This document shows positions 50,990 to 64,000 of a DNA stretch of 64,000 nucleotides, piece by piece (the stretch's first letter is position 1; every line of letters starts with the position of its first letter). The stretch covers positions 244,900,001 to 244,964,000 of the forward strand of contig OZ024743.1 in assembly GCA_964016885.1 (NCBI GenBank). Reading direction: 5' to 3'. The notes under the pieces were generated by a model. That model did no database searches. It was given only the letters and a program-made list of their open reading frames with translations, and was not told where the DNA came from. The position numbers and the translations under genes were made by a program. The stretch comes from Eledone cirrhosa. Its lineage: Eukaryota.

Positions 50990-51670
50990 ATTACTGACAG
51001 ACAGACCACCTAAAATGTCCAACTGGCCTTCTGTAGTTTAAGTTCGGCTTTCTACCATAATTGACAAGCATTCTAAAATTCCTGACAGGCCTTCTACCGT
51101 TCAGGTCTGGCCTGCTACCACTGCTGAAATACCTTCTCCCATTATAGACAGACCTTCTAAAATGCCTTACAGACCTAGAGTTAAATCCTGGCCGGCTACC
51201 ATTATTGACTTACATACCAGTAATGCACTGGGTGATTGCTGGCCTTGTGCCAAACGAAGAAACAATTATTGACTTACATACTATTCTTTGGTGGCGTTAT
51301 ATCATTTCTGACAGGTTTTCTACAATATCTGGATGGCGTTGTACCATTTCTGAGTGACCTTCCACTGTTCGAGTCTGGCGTTCTACTATTTCTGGCAGGC
51401 ATTTTACAGTTCATGTATGAGGTTATACAACTTTTTACAGAATTTCTACAATTTCTGAATGGTGTTCTACTGTTTCTGACTGACACTTGACCGTTCATGC
51501 CTGGCTTTCTACTATTTCTGATATACCGTCTACAGATCAAGTCTAGCGTTTTATCATGCATGGCTGATGTTTTCCTGTTTCTAACTGATATTCTGCTATC
51601 TATATGTGACGTTCTACTATTTCTGTTTAGCGTTAAACTGCCCCTGCTCGGTGTTCTGCTGTTTCTACCG
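50990..51670 (+). repeat. Degenerate ~21 bp tandem repeats (heptapeptide-like), split by a SINE tail at 51214-51270
   Basis: Recurring GGCGTTCTACTATTTCTG and GGCCTTCTACC-like units at ~21 bp spacing. Confidence 0.65.
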
Positions 51671-52299
51671 CTCAACTGCAGATGTAAACCTCATACAATA
51701 ACAACTAAAGTAGGTATTTATATCAACAATATACAGTAAGAACTTCTTGGACACAGGCTGAAACTTGATCCATCTCGATCGGACCATCCGGATGAGGGTG
51801 TATATTGATTGTAAGAGCCGAAACACTCATTGACTCCAGGATACAACAGTAGTGATATGTCCTAGGATTTGCATCCGTAGTTGCGTCACCTGTATGTTGT
51901 AAGACCCGAAGCACTCTGACTCCAGAATATAACACTAATGATGTGTCCCAGGATATGCATCTGTGTATGTGTGAAGAACCTGTGATCACACCTTTGATAA
52001 AAAAGATATCAATTTATTCAACGCAGATTACAGTATATTTTGCTGTGGTTGCACCAAAATCTAAAATAAGCCTTTGACCATTCACCTATCATGATATTAG
52101 AGAGACAAAGACCTAGTCAACCGGTCACGAAATAGCAAGATTTTTATTTCATCAAGATTCTGAAAAAATATTATTCTTTCTTTTTTGGTTTTTGTTTTTT
52201 TATGTTATGAGAGAAGATTATATGTACATTTGCCGATATCTAAACAACTTTGTTAGTATGACCTCAGCTACATACTTCAGAAATGTTAATGGAAACTTA

Positions 52300-52356
52300 C
52301 ACACCCCCACTCTCTCTCTCTCTCACACATACATACACACACACACACCCTGACCC

Positions 52357-52399
<43 letters not shown>

Positions 52400-52443
52400 C
52401 TCTCTCTCTCTCTCACACACACACACTTACACATCCTGCCCCT

Positions 52444-52475
<32 letters not shown>

Positions 52476-52520
52476 TTCTCTCTCTCTCTCTCACACACAC
52501 ACACTTACACATCCTGCCCC

Positions 52521-52600
<80 letters not shown>

Positions 52601-52715
52601 TTACACACCCTGACCCCTCTCTCTCACTTATACACACACACACACACACTTCTCTCTCTCTCTCACACACACACACTTACACATCCTGCCCCCTCTCTCT
52701 CTTACACACACACAC

Positions 52716-52746
<31 letters not shown>

Positions 52747-52842
52747 TTACACACCCTGACCCCTCTCTCTCACTTATACACACACACACACACACTTCTC
52801 TCTCTCTCTCTCTCACACACACACACTTTCACATCCTGCCCC

Positions 52843-52875
<33 letters not shown>

Positions 52876-52876
52876 T

Positions 52877-52908
<32 letters not shown>

Positions 52909-53041
52909 TTTCACATCCTGCCCCCTCTCTCTCACTTATACACACACACACACACACACTTATCTCTCTCTCTCTCTCTCTCACACACACACTTACACAC
53001 CCTGACCCCTCTCTCTCACTTATACACACACACACACACAC

Positions 53042-53084
<43 letters not shown>

Positions 53085-53100
53085 TTTCACATCCTGCCCC

Positions 53101-53133
<33 letters not shown>

Positions 53134-53260
53134 TTCTCTCTCTCTCTCTCTCACACACACACTTACACACCCTGACCCCTCTCTCTCACTTATACACACA
53201 CACACACACACACTTCTCTCTCTCTCTCTCTCACACACACACACTTTCACATCCTGCCCC

Positions 53261-53291
<31 letters not shown>

Positions 53292-53545
53292 TCACTTCTC
53301 TCTCATGCATTCTCTCTCTCGCACGCACACGCACAGACCCAGTCATACGAGCGCGCGTGCACACACACACACACACACACATACTGTCTCTGTCTGTCTC
53401 TGTCTCTCTCTCTCTCTCTCTCTCTCACACATACACACACACACTCCCAATCATATGAGCGCGCGCACACACACACACACTTACACTGTCTCTTTCTCTC
53501 CCTCTCTCTCTCGCTCTCACATACACACATACACACACATACACC
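52300..53545. repeat. Higher-order compound (CA)n/(CT)n repeat
   Basis: ~60-75 bp units of two variants, ACATCCTGCCCC and ACACCCTGACCCC, which mostly alternate. Confidence 0.92.
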
Positions 53546-53598
53546 CAGTCTTACACACACATACATAGGTACGCAGTCTATCCATATATCATTATGTA

Positions 53599-53700
53599 CG
53601 AGGTTAACTTTGCCTTTCATCCTTACGGGGTCGATAAAATAAAGTACCAGTAATACACTGGAATAATTGCTGGCCTTGTGCCAAAAGTAGAAACAATTAT
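53599..53700 (+). mobile_element. Family A SINE 3' fragment
   Basis: GAGGTTAACTTTGCCTTTCATCC...GTAGAAACAATTAT. Confidence 0.85.
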
Positions 53701-54860
53701 GTACGCAAATATATATATATAAGTTTTGAGAATTCCAATCCTCAGAAGAGTAAATCAACATTTAACTGACGTTATTAATCTAACATACATTTCATTTGAA
53801 TAGGCCGAATGCCAGCTTTTACTGGGACAAATAGTCTAGACAAGTGGATCTCAACCTGTTTTGGGCTCATGCCATCTTTCAGGACCGGTGTTACCTTTTG
53901 GTTAACTAAATAACCGCCTAGGGGCCAGACCTCAGAGGGGCCACATTACTGATTTTTAATGGATTACAATTTAATACATATTTGTCCAATCAATAGCAAT
54001 CCTTTCACCACCACATTGTGGACATGAAAAAGAAAGAAAGTAAATAACTTTCTCTATCTTTCCCATCTTCTATCATGGCTAGCTACCTATATAAATCCTT
54101 GTCAACCCAAATACTTACCTATTTAGCTCCTGCTGTTTGCTCTGTTCGGAGACTAAACTGCTCATAAACACAGGACAGGTTCTATCATTAGGGTCAACAA
54201 GGTACATAACTCTGAGAGATGCATTACTAAGCCTTATAGGATCACAGTTTTATGCAAATTTAGTATATTATAATTTCCTGTTATCAATAAACAAATCACT
54301 AAATATATTTGCCGCGTAGCAGCGTTGTGGAAATATCGAAAGCGATGGAGAGAGTTGTATGGTGTTATGACTTGTCACATTATTTACCGTGCATAAGTAT
54401 GGACTGTAGTAGAAAATGCAGGCTAAATAATTTTTCTTAGTGTAGTCAGGGGGAGAAGTGTAAGTTGAAATTATTTTATTTAGGAGAAGGTGGCCCATAA
54501 CTGGATAGAAGGGAGTGTGCATTGTAAGGCTAACCTGGATCGCTAAAACCCCAGGCGTTCCCCCTGCTCCCCACCTAAACATGTTAGCCCCTCATTGATG
54601 CTGTTAATTGGGGGAAAACTATTTTAACAATTGCAATCTTTATTCTGTGACATATCTACTATGAAACTAATGAAGCTTAAACCTCACAGCTCCTAATCCT
54701 CAATAACCTTCCCGTAGCAGTTCAAGTAGCACAAGGATAACAATTTGTAGGGAAGATAACTTTATTTTACCGACACCGGGAAGATGAAGGATAAAGTTGA
54801 CTTCGGCGGGATTTGAACTTAGAACGTAAAGAATCACATAGTGGAATAATATAATAAATT

Positions 54861-55039
54861 AATAATTGTTTCTACTTTTGGCACAAGGCCAGCAATTACC
54901 CAGCGCATTACTGGTACTTTATTTTATCGACCTCGTAAGGATGAAAGGCAAAGTTAACCTCGGCGGGATTTGAACTCAGATCATACAGGGAGGTAACTCT
55001 ATGCTTCAAAGCATCGCGTCCGACCCTCTACCGATACCG
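54861..55039 (-). mobile_element. Family A SINE, nearly full length
   Basis: Collinear with 30722-30900. Confidence 0.88.
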
Positions 55040-55044
55040 AATGT

Positions 55045-55580
55045 TATAATGACCTGCAACCAAGCAAATACCCTCCATCAAGCATCTACCATACTCTGAA
55101 CGCCTTGCTTCTCTGGGCATAGAAACATTGAAGCTCCGACGTCTGGCAACTGACTTTGTAAACACCCACAAAATTACTAACCATCTTGCCAACAACAACC
55201 CTGAGTACCTTTTTGAATTCCATGTGTCTAACACACGTGGGCATGCCCACAAAGTTAGTAAACAGCACAGCTCCCATGACTTTCGGAAACATTTTTTCCC
55301 GCTCAGAGTTGCTGAATCATGGAACAAACTCCTTGCATCAGTTGTTAGCTGTCGAGGCACAGCATCCTTTAAAACCTCCATGCTTCCTGAGATTCGCCAA
55401 CATTACACCTAATATTCCCCCTCCATACACACGCACACATGTATATCATGACTCATACACTATTCACTTCCCTGACATTTGTATATTATTCTATGTACTA
55501 TACATGCACCTTTGATGAGTTGTAGTGCACCTGAGCACTGTACACAATAATTTCATTATTGTCATTCTTATTATTATAAG
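55045..55580 (+). mobile_element. CR1/L2-group LINE 3' end with UTR and (ATT)n-like tail
   Basis: LPYSERLASLGIETLKLRR...TRGHAHK...FRKHFFPLRVAESWNKL. A tail fragment recurs at 62198-62236. Confidence 0.88.
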
Positions 55581-56154
55581 CATTTTAAAAATGTTAGGTT
55601 TTGCTTTGGAAAGAAATGGTATCATTGTGAGAGGCTACTCTCACAGTACATAACATTTCATTTGAAGAGCTGCTTACCCTTTTTCACGACAGAATGTAAT
55701 GGAATAGATCTCCGTCGGTTTCGACGATGGACACACATTTGTTTGATCAACGGAACAGCCTGCTTGTGAGATTAATGTGTAAGCAGTTGAGTATTCCATA
55801 GACATCTCAACCTTTAATGTAATTCTCATAGAAATTCAACGTGATACAATGTGTAACAAGGCTGGACCTTTGAATTACAAGTACAATTCATCTGATGGGT
55901 TTCCAAACAGTTTCCTTCAACCTAATTTCACTCAAAAGGCTTGGATTAACCAGAGGCTGTGGTAAAAACACTTGCTCAAGTAGTTACGCAGATATCTTGA
56001 TTTCGAGTCGAAATTCTTTACCATTCGATTAAGACATATATCTGTGATAGAACCTTAAACTATAAGAACTGCCAAAGAAAATTCTTTAGGCATAAATGTG
56101 GAATCGGGGCATAAATTATAAGAAATGACAACATAAACTTTAATAATGTGTGCC

Positions 56155-56230
56155 CTGTTATACTTTGGGATGGTCATGCAGCAAATAAAAACACACGCAC
56201 CAGATGAGTTTCAATTCGGTTTTTATTATC
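56155..56230. repeat. Diverged terminus of the 59480-60127 fold-back family, followed by a SINE head fragment
   Basis: TGTTATACTTTGGGATGGTCATG...ACACACGCACCAG matches 59484-59532. Confidence 0.6.
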
Positions 56231-58158
56231 AAAAAGCGCGGTGGATTGGCAGTATCGGTAGAGCGATACAAATACAAAATATATACATTATTTACAATTA
56301 AAGGACGGGAAGCAGACCTATGATCCGAGGCGAACTGATAACATAGGGATATTGGCAATGCCCGATTGGTCAGTGGGCTCGGTAGAAAATAAAATAGATT
56401 CGCAACATATCAACAAACAACTGACTAACCAGATAGATAGCGGATGCCATCTATCTGGTCGGTTTTAAGACCTAGTCAGCTTCCGCCTATTATCAAGCGT
56501 GTTCTAATCGTAATTTTCTGTATATCAGGAACTGCATTGTCTAATGTAGTAGTTCCCAAACTTATTTTGTTGTGGAACTCTTATACGATTTTCCAAAAAT
56601 GGCGAAACTCCTCCCTATATTTTATGGACAATCCTCACAACCCTAAATTCAATAATATATTTATTCAACAATAATTTATAGTTATCACCTATTGTTATAG
56701 TTATTGTGGTGACTATATTTTCCAGTGCTTTGTAGGTCAAGCAAGTATTGTTTAGATTTCTAGCTTCACGCTTAAATCTTCTAAGAAGGTAATTGGCGGC
56801 CAGGGAACATTGTCGTAAGGGTTAAACGCGTTTGTTCGGAATATGAGTGATGCGTCGTTCGATTCCTCGCAGGCGTTACTATTCACTTTTCCAGGAGTAC
56901 TTTATCCGATTTAGTAAGCTATTTACAGTTATCAAATTGGTAGAGCCGTTAGAACGTCGGATAAAATGCTTTTGTGGTATTCGTTTTGGCTCGCTGCTCT
57001 TTGAGTTCAACCCCCGCCGAGATCAACTTTGCCTTTCATCCATTCGAAGTCGACAACAAAAGTCTAGTACTGGGATTGACTCTTCCTACAATGACGATGT
57101 CCCAGTATGGCTTCAGCCTGTCGGCAGGAACACGTAATAGAGTAATAAAGTAGTAATTATCTGTATTGGGTAAATTTATAGAAAAGTATCCCTCTGCCAT
57201 TCAGTGAGTCATTTTTTCCTGAATCTTTACGTGTTTTCAACGAATCTGACTTCGAACTCACTTGCAAACGACTTCGAGGTGGTGGTCGGGAGGATACACA
57301 CTCGAAGTTTTCTTTTGTGGAATTTTTTTTCTTGCTTAAGTTTTTTCGTGCGTTTTCAACGTATCTGACTTCTAAATCAGTCGAAAACAATTCGTTTCTT
57401 AGAAACTGGGAGAGGGGTGGTGGGGTGATCAGTGTTTTCTTTACAATTGTGTGTTGTCAAGGAATCTGACTTAAAATCGTTGGAAATTATTCGTTTTTTA
57501 GTTAATCGTACCTCACAACAAATGTGGGAAGGTTGAGGTAGCGAGGAGTAGGGCTAGGGTATGGGTTAGGGTTAGTGTTAGGGGTTAGGGATTAATGTTA
57601 GGATTAGGGCACATATATATATATATGTGTGTGGGGGGGGGGGAACTCCGAGGGTGCCCCCTGCCCACCATTTTCTTTTAAAAAAAGAGCCGTTTCGGGC
57701 TGATTTAGAGGTTAAGATTCGTTGAGAACACGATAAAATCCAGGTAAAAAAAAAAATTCTCACAAAAGGGCAGAGGAGTGTTTATCTGTAACTCCGAGGG
57801 ATTCCTCTCTTCTGCCTTCCATTTTCGGAAGAGGAAATCGTTTGCGGGTTAATTGTAGGTCAAATTCGTTGAAAACACAATGAAAACCTAGAACACACGG
57901 TATTCTAAGGCAGGTAGCTGTAATTTGAGGGAGATTTAACTGCTATCTCTAGCAGATCGAGTGATCACATATAGGTTTCCCAGGAGCTCTACATTCAGAA
58001 TGAAGTAATTTAGATTACAGATTGTGAAAAGGAGAGTAAGATGTATAGAAAGTAAAGAATTTCTGACGTCAGAAGAGAAAACTATAAATTACTTGCAATC
58101 TACGGGTTAAGAAACGTTCAGATTGAATCTGTCCATATACGTGTGTCTAATTATATAC

Positions 58159-58212
<54 letters not shown>

Positions 58213-58265
58213 GAAAGGTATAGAAAATATTGTAGAAATATATTGCAGTGTATTGCAAAACACAC

Positions 58266-58362
<97 letters not shown>

Positions 58363-58477
58363 TTATATATACATATATATATATATTTATATATACATAT
58401 ATATATATATATTTATATATACATATATATACATATATGTAGAGAGAGATATTTATACATATATATACATATATGTA

Positions 58478-59408
58478 GAGAGATATATATTTTAATTTTA
58501 ATTGTATCTCATAAAATAATACAGCTGGCTTTCCACAAAATACATATAGTTAGCACCCCAAACATATAATTGGGATTATACTAAGGTATATCCTAAAGTT
58601 TGTTGAGTGAGATGGTTGCCAATCAGAGTATAGCTTAAGGCTTTCTCTGTTTATGTATTAAATACTTTACTCTTGATTTGGCCAGAGATAAATTTTTTCC
58701 AGATATCTTTTAAGCGTAACTTTCCGTATTTACTGTTGGTATGAAATATTGATCGTTATTCTGATATCATGTCTCTGTTTTTAGCCTAAGAAAATATCTA
58801 TATGCGTGTATACTTAATACATGCATACATTTATTTTTTTGAAAATCTAATTGAGTTCTTAACACGCGGGTTTAAATTTGTTGAAGAAATTTATTTCACC
58901 CGCGTGTATATTATTTTATTTTACTTTCTTGTGTTTCGCGATTACCTCCCTTTTCCGCTTCGTGACGCTGTGAAATTCCTCTTTCTGAGACTGCTGGAAT
59001 TTCAAATTTGGCGCTCATTATGTTGCATGAAGAGATGGTTAGCTGACACAAAAAATAACATCGGTAAGGAATTTTTTCTTGTATCAATGTTTTACGTACG
59101 TCCACTGATGATTTATAAGTGCCCACCTGCATGTATTCTTACTGAAATATGTGTTGGCTTTTACATAACCCGGATACATTATCCCAACTTGTAAAAAACT
59201 TATAATGAAACAATTGTTTGGAAAGAGAGATATATATTTTTATTTTAATTGTATCTCATATAAAATAATACAGCTGGCTTTCCACAAAATACATATAGTT
59301 AGCACCCCAAACATATAATTGGGATTATACTAAGGTATATCCTAAAGTTTGTTGAGTGAGATGGTTGCCAATCAGAGTATAGCTTAAGGCTTTCTCTGTT
59401 TATGTATT
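58478..59408. mobile_element. Element with ~185 bp near-identical direct terminal repeats (58478-58660, 59224-59408) in TA-rich microsatellite
   Basis: AGAGAGATATATATTTT...CTCTGTTTATGTATTA occurs twice around ~560 bp of unique sequence. Confidence 0.85.
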
Positions 59409-59479
59409 ATATACATATATATATTTCGTTTCTGAATTTGTTTGGCAATATTCTTTATCTGAAAACGTGTGTTGAACCG

Positions 59480-60224
<745 letters not shown>

Positions 60225-61772
60225 TATAGGACTTCAGCATCTGCAACTATTTCGCATTTTCTGAAACACTAAGAAAATTACTAAGCCTGCATTTTCAACA
60301 CCACAGTCCACACTCACCCACACCAAATTCTGTGACAGATAATAACATAATATGACCTTCTCCAGTGTTTTGCATATTTCTATGACCCTGCTACGCAGAA
60401 AAAAATGTTGATCTTAAGGAATTGTTTATTTTATTTAATTATACAAATTTGTATAAAATTGCGGGATTTAAAGGTTCGCTAATGCGCCCTCAAAGGTCTG
60501 CGTCATAAGCGGCTGCCTTGTTGACTTTAATGTCAGTGCCGTACTCCTGATGGAAACGTAGACACGGCGTGTCTTGGGCTTTTAAATTTGGTGGAGTCCA
60601 TCCTCTCATGTTTGAACTCAGCCGATTTCTTCCAGAGAAAGAGAGGAAGAATCTACCCCAGTACTAAACTGATACTTTATTTATCGACCTCAAATTGAAA
60701 GAAGGGCAAAGTTGACCTCGGCGAGATTTAAATTTAGAGCATAGAGAACCGGAATGAATACTGTGAAACATTTTATCGATGTTTTGACGACTCTACCAAC
60801 TCTCCACCTAAAGAATCTACAGAGATAAAAGGGAGGCAACCAACATACGTTTCAGAAGCCATGTGGTGTTCAAGGCTGACATCGAGTCCATCTGAATAGT
60901 TGGCGGCTTGTTTCAGACAATCAATTATAACTCATTAATATATCTAATGTAGTAAATATTAATATTTAACTGAATATTGACACAGTATATTGTTATTAAC
61001 TGTTATTAAGGCACATTAATAAGTGAATTAGAAATATATAATCAATGGTTAATATAAATTTTCCTAGAGGGCTTATTAAGATTTTATACTCAAGACTATA
61101 TTGAAGATATAGATAAGACGTGGGGTTAATTTATAGGTCGAGTGTTTGATAAATATGACTATCTTCACTGATATCTTAGCAGGTGGTAAACGGAGAAATA
61201 AATTACAATTGTGATTGATGAAAATATTTCTAAGTTAACTCTTTCGTCACTGTGTTGAACCTCCGTTAGTTCTGACGAAGAGTGTTCCAGTTGTCCGAAC
61301 AATGGAACAGCCTTCTCGTGAAATTCATGTACAAGTGGTTGAACATTTCAGAAACACGTGCACCTATGACAGAGTTCTCATGTGGCATAGTGTATGCCAA
61401 AACTGGTCCTTTGAATTAGAGATACAACTCATTTATGTCGGCTGAGTGGATTGGAGCAACGTGAAATAAAGTGCCTTTCTCTAGGATACAATGGGATTGA
61501 ACATAACACGTTACGATCGCGAGCTGAATACCCTAACCGCTAAACCACGCGCTTTGATACTAAACCACTTAATATCCGAGTTCTATCATACAAAACGGAG
61601 TGCTTTAAAGTGTTAATATTTATGTAAAAACATAAAATGGTATTTTGGTATTTGTTTTGGCATTTTACCTTCTCAATTCAAATCCCGCCGGGGTCATCTC
61701 TGTCTTTCATCTTTCCAGAGTCAATAGAATAAAACATCAGTCTAGGGTTGGACGTCAAAATGACAATGACGA

Positions 61773-61825
<53 letters not shown>

Positions 61826-61903
61826 ATGTATATATATATATATGTGTGTGTGCGTGTGTGCGTGTGCGTGTGTGCGTGTGCGTGTGCGCGTGTGTGCGTG
61901 CGC

Positions 61904-61954
<51 letters not shown>

Positions 61955-61962
61955 TGTGTGTG

Positions 61963-62172
61963 TGTAAAAGGTAAACAGAAATAACAACACAATCGGTACA
62001 GTATATGGAAGGAATATATTAGGTTAAGGCTTGAAATAGCAGGAAGAGGGTCTTAACGTTTCGGGCGCTACTCCTTCATCAGAAGAAAGAATGAGAAATA
62101 AGCTAGATTGAAGGGACGGGTGGAGTGGAATTGGAAAAAAATGTCTTTAGATAGAAATAACAGGTCCATTCA
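61963..62172 (-). mobile_element. (CA)n-tailed minimal-hammerhead element (core 62051-62086)
   Basis: Minus strand reads TCTT-CTGATGA-AGGAGTAGCGCCC-GAAAC-GTT-AAGA; stem I TCTT/AAGA. Confidence 0.75.
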
Positions 62173-62323
62173 TATATATATATATATATATATAAACACG
62201 AGTTGTAGTGTTCCTGAATACTGTACACAATAATTTTCCTCATAACTTTGTCCTATCCCCAACTTTACTGGCCTCGTTACTAAAAAGATAAATCAATATT
62301 TATATAAAAACCTCCCCTTCTAA

Positions 62324-62543
62324 TCTATATATGTATAAACATTCTTTGCCTCTCTGTCTGTCTATCTTCTCCTTATGCATTCTCAAACGGCTCGACCAAA
62401 TCAAATCGGGACTAACAACATGTACTTTTTATTTTCATTTGGATTAAAACAATATAATTTTATCTAAAATAATCTTTCTATAGTCAACTATAAGTAAACA
62501 TTTTAAAACACGACGACGACATCACATTTTGTATATGAGTGTT

Positions 62544-62631
<88 letters not shown>

Positions 62632-63751
62632 TATGTGTGTGTGTGCGCGCGTTCGTTATGTTCGTTAGGCCTTAGTAAGTTGCATACACATTATCTTCAC
62701 ATAAATATTTAATCAGATACACAGAGAATTAAACACACACACATCTACACATACATATGTGTGTGAGTGTATGTGAGAGTGTATGTGTGTGTGTGAGTAT
62801 ACATACATTTCTGTGACGACTGACATAACGAACACACACACACATCTAAAGAAAGAGAGAGAGAGAGACGCAGAGGGAGAGGCAGAGAGAGAGAGAGAGA
62901 GATAGAGAGAGGGAGAGAGAGAGGGGAGAGAGAGAGAGAGAGAGACGTCTCACAAAAGCCTAGAATCGGTTTAAACTGTAGATCAAAGTATCAGGTGAAT
63001 GTTTAACAATATTGCATTAGCTTTTATAAAGTCGTTTTACACCAGTCTTTGATTTTGCAGAACACAGAAAAGATTGATACTATTTGAAATTAATCTATGG
63101 TGTATATTAATTTAACTTTTTGAGGATAGTGTCATGGTATTATTGACCTAATTCAGAATATGAGATGGGAAACAGAAAGGTTAAGACAACAAGAAAGATG
63201 ATCGCAACTTTCTGTAAGTGTACAGAACCCGAAAGAGGAAACATAGATTAAGGCAAGAAGAAAAACTATTGCAATAAACAGAGGTTCAATATGAAAATCA
63301 CCAAGAGGCAATGACAGTTGTGATGCAAACTCAATGAGCACAAACTACTCTTCAAGGCAGAATAAACTGGCTAAGAGCTGCATTTTCATATGATCCATCG
63401 AAGGATTATAGAAATGATCCTGAAGTCGTGATTGGTAGCATGGATATTACACTTGGCATGTGTTGCTTAAGAGGAAAGGTCAAACTTCCACTGATAGAGG
63501 ACCTTCCAGGTTTTATCCATATACTGCTTATAGACCATACTAACGACGCTAAACACTTCAGAAGCAATGTTATGCGGTATGTTGCTGCATTTTAGATGAC
63601 GTCCTTTGGAGCTGAAAAAGATGATACTGACTATGGTTATTTCACAACATTTAAAATCCAACGCGAATGCTACCATTTAATCAGCAGTTCACTCCTAATA
63701 AGGAAGTTTTATGATTGTTTTGTTTTTATGTCTCTCTCTCTCTCTCTCTCC

Positions 63752-63800
<49 letters not shown>

Positions 63801-63911
63801 TACAGTCTCACCTCATACTGTAAACCAGACAACACATCCAATATGGTCGTTTTCTCTTTTATCCGTCTTCTCTTAATTGTTCTCTCGGACGAAGCCGGGT
63901 ACATCAGCTAG
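62324..63911 (+). mobile_element. Internally deleted Helitron with an N-terminal RepHel remnant
   Basis: 5' A|TCTATATATGTATAAAC; coding remnant CCLRGKVKLP...AKHFRSNVMRYVAAF*MTSFGA...TFKIQRECYH (~63460-63695); 3' CTCGGACGAAGCCGGGTACATCAGCTAG|T. Confidence 0.8.
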
Positions 63912-64000
63912 TTTTATATAAAAATATTTAAGTTATATTCCAAACACCAACTTAATAATGGGAAAGTTAGTTATTTTACTAAATCTCTCAAAATTCTTGA

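Noticed and set aside
51236-51739. Hydrophobic membrane-protein-like ORFs
   Set aside because: Alternate-frame readings of the 21 bp repeats, beginning in a SINE tail.
57548-57610. Telomere-like TTAGGG repeats
   Set aside because: Only a few degenerate units at an internal position; more like the GGGTTA tracts found inside non-autonomous DNA elements.

Overview
Repeat-saturated animal genomic DNA. The SINE, microsatellite and transposon content resembles cephalopod (octopus-like) genomes; that is an inference. The only host-gene sequence I can support is a 3'-terminal coding exon of an aquaporin (11596-11835, +), so the large GT-rich satellites in the first 11.5 kb probably lie in its last intron. 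The rest is mobile DNA: a near-full-length decayed Tx1-type LINE (~18.7-24.5 kb), a decayed Helitron Rep/PIF1 helicase (~42.3-45.8 kb) plus non-autonomous Helitrons, a 5'-truncated Penelope-like element (RT/GIY-YIG, ~46.5-48.7 kb, -), RTE/CR1/CRE-like fragments, tRNA-derived SINEs and MITEs. The most striking signal is about a dozen hand-folded type I hammerhead-ribozyme motifs from roughly eight sequence families. Most sit in short, non-coding, often fold-back elements anchored in (TA)n or (CA)n microsatellites, and two such fold-backs derive directly from the hammerhead-bearing 3' end of the local Penelope element. A separate RTE-derived non-autonomous element has a covarying structured 5' leader. 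All RNA structures were paired by eye, none was computed or tested, and coordinates are approximate to a few bases.
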